Part shown: positions 58,997-64,000 of the stretch, in pieces | How positions within the stretch are numbered: position 1 is the first letter of the stretch | How the letters are laid out: every line of letters begins with the position of its first letter | Virus record (IMG/VR): IMGVR_UViG_2939127364_000001 | DNA length: 64,000 nucleotides | Direction: 5' to 3' (one strand) | Origin: a virus | Lineage: Duplodnaviria > Heunggongvirae > Uroviricota > Caudoviricetes | Made by a program: the position numbers and the translations under genes | Notes under the pieces: model-generated | The model's database searches: none | Told to the model about the DNA's origin: nothing | What the model saw: the letters and a program-made list of their open reading frames with translations, nothing else

Positions 58997-60902
58997 AGCT
59001 GCGCCCCTCTTTAACTTCGACAGTGATAATTTCCCGGAACCACGATTTCATCTCTTTGTGGGAGATGATCATCACTGTGCCACGTTCACGCGCTTTGGCT
59101 TCCAGAATCCCCATGAGACGCTCCAGACCGGCTGTGTCGAGCGCGTCGTCAATTTCATCACCGATAAATAGCTCGATATTCTTACTGGCGCGACTGGCAA
59201 CCAGATCCTGCAAAGCCAGAGAGCACGCAATACGTACCTTACGCTTCTCACCACCAGACAAAGTCTGGAAGGATTTGCTGGAGCCTGTTTTGATTACGCT
59301 GATATTGAATTTGTCGCGATACTCACCTTTCTTCGTTGTCTCCATTGTCGACCATTCGGCAACGATATTGCCGTCCGACAGCGTGTTGAGATACTCCGCA
59401 GTCCTGATGTTCAGGAAAGGCGTAACGGAGGTCAGGATGTGTGAACGCACGCCTGCTGGGGAGTAAACCTGGCGGGCCTTCTCCAGCAACAGAGCCTGTT
59501 CCTGAATGCTCTTTAACTCATTTTTAAGTACTGCATGATTAGATTTATTGGCAGCCAGGTTGTCTTCATGGCGCTTAATAACGGCCAGAAATGGGTTTGC
59601 TTCCGCCATGATGCGATTCACTTCAGTACGCGCCCGCGCAACCATCGCTTCGACGGCCACAACTTCACGTTCGCGATGACGCAGCGCACTTAGCTCATTG
59701 GTCAGGCGTTCTATTGTGGAGATGATTTCTGAGACGTCGGGTGTGGCTGCGACCAGTGCAGACTCGATACCGAGTGCTTTCTCAAGACGAGTCTTGTGTT
59801 GAGCCACTGCCGCTGCTGATGTCTGCGCAAGGCCGATCTCATTGCGCGCTTGTTCAATGAAGCTCTCCTTCACCGTGGATAAATCTTCTTCGCAGTAGGG
59901 CTTTCCGCACGTAATGCAGGGTGCCCCGATCTTTGTGCTGACCTCTTCAGCTTTGGTTTTAAACGAGCGAGCACGGTTTATCGACTCGTTCTGTGCCGCT
60001 TCTGAAGTACGGATGCTTGAGCGGATCTCAGTAATAGCACTGCGCACCTTCAGCAGTTTGGCGTCATGCTCTTCTTTGGAGGCCAGCTTGCTGCGTTCGC
60101 CAGCAATCGCATTTTCCGTATCACGGATCTGTTCTGGCAGCGAGCGAATTTCCATCTCGACTTCAGACAGTGTTACCTCCGCGCCAGCCAAATCGGCTCG
60201 GGCCTTGTCCAGACGCTCGCCGCGATCGCGCTCCCAGCTTTCAGAGGACGCTTTGGCCGCCTCAATCTCTGACTGTGCAGTCTCGATAAGCGTGAGACAG
60301 GCGTCCATTTTGGATTTGGTAACGTCCATACGTGCGGCAGCTGCATTAGCACGCTCGCGGGCAATGGCATAGGCTCGCGTCAATCGGTCGACGCCAGCAG
60401 CTTCTTCAACGATGGTTTTGAGGCTCTTGTCGGACATACCGGGCAGATCTGGCATCGCTTCCTGACTGGCGTAGATGGACGCCATGAACACCTCTTTCGA
60501 TGCCCCAATCAGACGTTCTACGAACGTCTGTGTCAGCGTGTCCTTGCCTTTGGTCATATCACCGTCTTCACCACGGACGATTAGTCGGTTCTTGAACTCT
60601 TTGTGTTTACGATGGCGAATGATCGCGTATTTCTTACCTTCGTCTTCAACTGTAACCATCACACGGCAGTTCTTCTCATGGCCCGTCGACAGCACGTCAT
60701 CGCCTTTGACGCCATGTGCAGTCTCACCATACAGACACCACATTAAGCTATTCATCAGAGTGGATTTCCCGGCGCCATTGCTGGCAGCAGACGTATCGCC
60801 ACTGTTCACACCCTGGATCAGCACCAGTCCACGCTGGTCTAACTCGACTTCTGCGCTGGCGATTGCCATAAAATTTTCAACCTGGAGCTTTAAAAACTTC
60901 AT
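58986..60902 (-). CDS. SbcC/Rad50-like SMC ATPase
   Basis: N-terminal MKFLKLQVENF...GLVLIQGVNSGDTSAASNGAGKST (Walker A), long coiled coil, C-terminal LSGGEKRKVRIACSLAL and FIGDEIDDALD; track ORF is over-extended to 61148. Confidence 0.75.
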   Translation of the reverse strand: MKFLKLQVENFMAIASAEVELDQRGLVLIQGVNSGDTSAASNGAGKSTLMNSLMWCLYGETAHGVKGDDVLSTGHEKNCRVMVTVEDEGKKYAIIRHRKHKEFKNRLIVRGEDGDMTKGKDTLTQTFVERLIGASKEVFMASIYASQEAMPDLPGMSDKSLKTIVEEAAGVDRLTRAYAIARERANAAAARMDVTKSKMDACLTLIETAQSEIEAAKASSESWERDRGERLDKARADLAGAEVTLSEVEMEIRSLPEQIRDTENAIAGERSKLASKEEHDAKLLKVRSAITEIRSSIRTSEAAQNESINRARSFKTKAEEVSTKIGAPCITCGKPYCEEDLSTVKESFIEQARNEIGLAQTSAAAVAQHKTRLEKALGIESALVAATPDVSEIISTIERLTNELSALRHREREVVAVEAMVARARTEVNRIMAEANPFLAVIKRHEDNLAANKSNHAVLKNELKSIQEQALLLEKARQVYSPAGVRSHILTSVTPFLNIRTAEYLNTLSDGNIVAEWSTMETTKKGEYRDKFNISVIKTGSSKSFQTLSGGEKRKVRIACSLALQDLVASRASKNIELFIGDEIDDALDTAGLERLMGILEAKARERGTVMIISHKEMKSWFREIITVEVKEGRSYVV

Positions 60903-61131
60903 ATAACACCTCTGATATCGTGTGTTAACTTTTGACCATCTTTCAATCTGAACTCCGTATGCGCGGGGAAGGATCTGCGATTCAATAAGCCTTTTCTGGT
61001 TAGCCTTCCAAGATAAAACGCTACGGGATTTCCTCCTGAAGGGTATGGCTTGTGAAACATAACCGTCTGGCCTTTTTGAAGTTTTTTCATCACGATGGCA
61101 AACTCTCGAAAGCTCCCATAATAACGTTGCC

Positions 61132-62217
61132 TCACACAGCCTCCGCACTCTCTGCTTCGGTCAAGATCTCCTGACACAGTATGTCCAGCTTGCTCAGGTC
61201 GAAGCCACCGTCAGTGTCGTGAACGATCTTGCAGTACGCCGCAACGGACTCGCCCAGGCTGTCAATTTTGCTGGTTTCCGCAGTACTGGCAGCGCCTTCC
61301 ATCATCGATGCCTTGCGAATGAAGTTGCAGACGACACCCTTCGCGCCCATTGTTTTCAGGACGTTCTGAAGTTTGATGCCTTCTTCATCGCTCTCAACAA
61401 CGGCACGGAAGCGCACGTAGTTGCCGCGAATCTGATCGTCATCTACATCGTCCTCAAGGTTCACGAATTTAGGTGCCGAGGTTTCGTGGTGAGTGAATGA
61501 GCCGTCCGGTTTGACGATCATGAAGCCGGCCAGTGAACCAACATCCCCCCAATTCTGGTGTGTCAGCGCCCCGATACTTACCACTCCAGGCAGCACTTCT
61601 TTGTGGTTGTGGTAGTGCCCGGACAACAATAAACGGAAGCCGATATCTTTCAGTTCCTGTGCGTCGATGCCGACATCGGGCATGGTGGGGATCGCTTTGT
61701 TGATTGAGGTATGTACAACAACATCATGGTTGTCACCATCCAGCCCGGAACGCAGCGTTTTGAGATCGCTGATAAGTTCTGCGTGGTTATTACGCCAGCT
61801 AATCAGATGGACGGTTACGTCGCCCATTTTGATGGAATGAGGACGTTTGCCGCAGACGATTTCCACACCGATTGAGCGCAGAGAGGCTGCTGCATTGGCG
61901 CTGTATACGGAATTGTTGGTTTCGAGGTCGTGGTTGCCAGCCAGCATTACCACCTTGAGACCCAACTCTTTGATGATCCACTCGTAAGTTTCGGTCACGA
62001 AATGCAGAACGGAAGGTGATATAGCACCGCGAACATGGAAGGTATCACCAGCTACCAGCATGTGCTTACAGCCAGCAGCTTTCATCGCTTTGGCCGCCTC
62101 CTTCGTAGCGTCCAGTTGGATCTCCAGCCGAGAGTTAAGCCCGTCAGCGTTTGTTGTCGCAAAAGCATCCCAACGATGATAATGGGGATCTGATATTACC
62201 CCGTATGGCAATGTCAT
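61132..62217 (-). CDS. SbcD/Mre11-like metallophosphoesterase nuclease
   Basis: DPHYH, GDTFH, GNHD and GHYH calcineurin-like phosphoesterase motifs. Confidence 0.75.
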   Translation of the reverse strand: MTLPYGVISDPHYHRWDAFATTNADGLNSRLEIQLDATKEAAKAMKAAGCKHMLVAGDTFHVRGAISPSVLHFVTETYEWIIKELGLKVVMLAGNHDLETNNSVYSANAAASLRSIGVEIVCGKRPHSIKMGDVTVHLISWRNNHAELISDLKTLRSGLDGDNHDVVVHTSINKAIPTMPDVGIDAQELKDIGFRLLLSGHYHNHKEVLPGVVSIGALTHQNWGDVGSLAGFMIVKPDGSFTHHETSAPKFVNLEDDVDDDQIRGNYVRFRAVVESDEEGIKLQNVLKTMGAKGVVCNFIRKASMMEGAASTAETSKIDSLGESVAAYCKIVHDTDGGFDLSKLDILCQEILTEAESAEAV

Positions 62218-62613
62218 GTGTCTTTTCCTTTGTGGTTATTTTGATACAAATTCTAAGCGTGCATAAGAGGCATACAACCCAGACAACACGGCACACAAAA
62301 GAATATAAAGGCACATGATAATGACAAAAAAATAAGTAAGTAAATACCTATCAGATAGGGCAGCAACGATTTCTAAACGTCACAAGCAATTTTATGAGAG
62401 CAGTCATTTACTGATGACAAGAAATGAAAAAGGAGAACGGACGGTGAAGTTGTGAGATGACATCTACGGCGTTTGCGTGTGTCGTCTTCAAACGCATCCG
62501 TCGGCCACAGTTTCTGCTCTTGAATAAAATTCACTCATGCATTAATCCCTAAAGCTCTCAGTGTCTTTCTAAGACACCATATTTTATGCCCGGTAAAAAG
62601 CATGAGTTTGCCT

Positions 62614-63258
62614 TTAAAACGTCTCTGAGGGCTTCTGACGCGCTCTGCTGATGTCTATTACCCCAGCTTTTGGACGAGGGTCTACAAGATTCAACTCTTC
62701 AGCACTGTGATACTCCGTGTCGAACTCCCGATCGACATGGCGAATGTAAATGGCTGTCAGAAGGCTGTTATCATTCAGAAAGTGTCCGTAAGATTTGCGA
62801 ATTACTTCGCCAACCTTCTCAATCTTCTCTCCGCCCATGCAGAGATGGTTAAATCGGCTGTGTTTCCGCAGCATTTCATCCACCGGGCCTGAGTAGACCT
62901 TATCAACTCTCCCGAACCGGATGATATTTCCGGTATCAGCTTCAACCAGACAAACGAGTTTGCCAGGTTCGACACGATCTCGCCAAGTGACACCAGAGCG
63001 CAGTGTGTTGAAGTAGGGAGCATCCAATCCGATGATCGGTTTACGAAATGCTAGTAGTGGCACGTAACGTATGCAGCTGTTTAGGTGGAAATGCGCACCG
63101 GCGTCGTGGAGTTTAAGCCGGGTTTCGTTAATCGGGCATTTCGAAGCAATGCCGCAAAGGTCGCAGAGCAACTTCTGTTTGTTCAGACTAGTGTTTGATT
63201 CAATGGTGTAGGAGCCATCTTCAAGACGGCGAACCCAGCGCGTGCGTTTAAGATCCAT
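62614..63258 (-). CDS. Hypothetical protein adjacent to the iteron array
   Basis: 214 aa ORF with Cys pairs (CDLCGIASKC); nearest gene to the origin-like repeats. Confidence 0.35.
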   Translation of the reverse strand: MDLKRTRWVRRLEDGSYTIESNTSLNKQKLLCDLCGIASKCPINETRLKLHDAGAHFHLNSCIRYVPLLAFRKPIIGLDAPYFNTLRSGVTWRDRVEPGKLVCLVEADTGNIIRFGRVDKVYSGPVDEMLRKHSRFNHLCMGGEKIEKVGEVIRKSYGHFLNDNSLLTAIYIRHVDREFDTEYHSAEELNLVDPRPKAGVIDISRARQKPSETF

Positions 63259-63344
63259 AATTCTTGTTCAAATAATTTTGTCCGGGGCAACGATAACGGA
63301 TAAGGCGCACCGGAGTTTGCAAATGCCTGTTTACTTATTCACTT

Positions 63345-63420
63345 TATTCACAGGCCCGATCCAATATTTAGATCCCCAGAGAGATCCTACAGAAGATCAA
63401 AAGAGATCCCAGATCGTCTC
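63345..63420. promoter_or_regulatory. Origin-like leader, unit 1: DnaA-box-like sequence plus six GATC sites in about 60 bp
   Basis: TTATTCACAGG then CCGATCC, AGATCCCC, GAGATCC, AGATCAA, GAGATCCC, AGATCGT. Confidence 0.45.
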
Positions 63421-63458
63421 CAGCGCTTGCGGTTACTGGCTTGAGAAGGGGTTACTAT

Positions 63459-63557
63459 CCACTATAGGGAGCAAAATAACCACTGTAGAGAGCATAATAA
63501 CCGCTATGAAGAGCAAAACAACCTCTCTGGAGAGTAGTCGGTATCCACTGTAGTGAG
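63459..63557. repeat. Iterons, family 2, array 1 (5 copies, 21-bp period)
   Basis: CCACTATAGGGAG, CCACTGTAGAGAG, CCGCTATGAAGAG, CCTCTCTGGAGAG, CCACTGTAGTGAG starting at about 63459, 63480, 63501, 63522, 63545. Confidence 0.7.
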
Positions 63558-63714
63558 TAGGAGACAATGTTTTAACTGGATAACTCCGAGCCTGTTTTTC
63601 TGCGGCAGATGGCTGATATTCTTGGAAATATTGTAAATTTTGCGCTGCGGCGTGTTTATTTCGATCACACATTATCCCCAGAAGGGGAGTGATGCCTGAT
63701 TTTGTAATTATCTG

Positions 63715-63800
63715 ATTTTTATACACAGGCCCGATCCAGTAATTCAGATCCCTGTTAGAACCAAAGAGAACCACAAAGACCCAAAGAGATCCCCGGCCCC
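63715..63800. promoter_or_regulatory. Origin-like leader, unit 2: DnaA-box-like sequence plus GATC sites
   Basis: TTATACACAGGCCCGATCCAGTAATTCAGATCCC ... AAAGAGATCCCC; homologous to unit 1. Confidence 0.45.
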
Positions 63801-63841
63801 TGCAAACCGTTGTGCCACATGGCTTTAGAGGTTATCGATAT

Positions 63842-63960
63842 CCACTATAGTGAGAATAACAACCACTATAGAGAGTAAATCAACCACTATGGAGAGTAGA
63901 AAAACCGCTGTAGGCGGTAGGATAACCACTGTGATGGGTGCTACTATCCACTGTAATCAG
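63842..63960. repeat. Iterons, family 2, array 2 (6 copies, 21-bp period)
   Basis: CCACTATAGTGAG, CCACTATAGAGAG, CCACTATGGAGAG, CCGCTGTAGGCGG, CCACTGTGATGGG, CCACTGTAATCAG starting at about 63842, 63863, 63884, 63905, 63926, 63948. Confidence 0.7.
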
Positions 63961-64000
63961 TAAAGGCACCCAAGCCGTCGAATAAAAAGAGACATTTGGA

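Noticed and set aside
60899-61177. 92-aa minus-strand ORF between the SbcD-like and SbcC-like genes
   Set aside because: Overlaps the SbcD-like 3' end and ends right at the likely SbcC start; could be a small coupled gene from an internal ATG (about 61090), but there is no supporting motif, so it is not called.
63459-63471. CCACTATAGGGAG in the first iteron is a 12/12 match to the T7/K11 promoter core (-7 to +5)
   Set aside because: The upstream specificity positions (-12 to -8) do not match T7, the unit is one of eleven 21-bp-periodic repeats with variable cores, and no single-subunit RNA polymerase gene is present; treated as an iteron rather than a promoter.
63459-63960. Regularly spaced short repeats that might be mistaken for a CRISPR array
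   Set aside because: Repeat units are 13 bp with 8-bp spacers, far too short for CRISPR, the repeats are degenerate, and there are no cas genes.

Overview
The window reads as one large phage-like element, with no integrase, repressor or att site seen, interrupted by a block of host-type genes. All calls rest on reading the sequence and the supplied ORF track; no database search was run. CDS coordinates follow the ORF track; motif coordinates were hand-counted and may be off by about 2 nt. 1-18.2 kb: lambda-like siphovirus morphogenesis module on the minus strand (J 5' part, I, K, L, M, tape measure, G/T chaperone, V, U, Z, decoration, capsid, scaffold, portal, TerL, TerS). 18.4-23.7 kb: a compact six-gene minus-strand operon (two ParB/Srx nuclease-domain proteins, an ABC ATPase, a GNAT-like protein, two small ORFs) facing a divergent SF2 helicase; this is my best candidate for an undescribed system. 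23.8-34.1 kb: AT-rich cargo of small unknown genes, three tandem terminators, two iteron clusters and a roughly 0.8 kb G+T-rich noncoding tract. 34.2-37.5 kb: E. coli-type metG and apbC (mrp) in native divergent arrangement. 37.6-44.8 kb: a LexA-box-controlled UmuD'-like gene and a complete type IC restriction-modification system hsdM-hsdS-hsdR (EcoR124-like, HsdS with two TAEL repeats). 44.8-48.5 kb: unknown genes including a TerB-like protein. 48.6-63.3 kb: T4/T5-like DNA metabolism and recombination module (RNase H, Dam-type methyltransferase, DnaQ-like exonuclease, P-loop kinase, DHFR, thymidylate synthase, MazG-like, RuvC-like, HNH-AP2 endonuclease, SbcCD-like). 63.3-64.0 kb: two tandem origin-like units (DnaA-box-like sequence, GATC cluster, 5-6 x 21-bp iterons). 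Two conserved intergenic motif families and a pair of homologous long inverted repeats occur on both sides of the metG/hsd block, which argues that both flanks belong to the same element.
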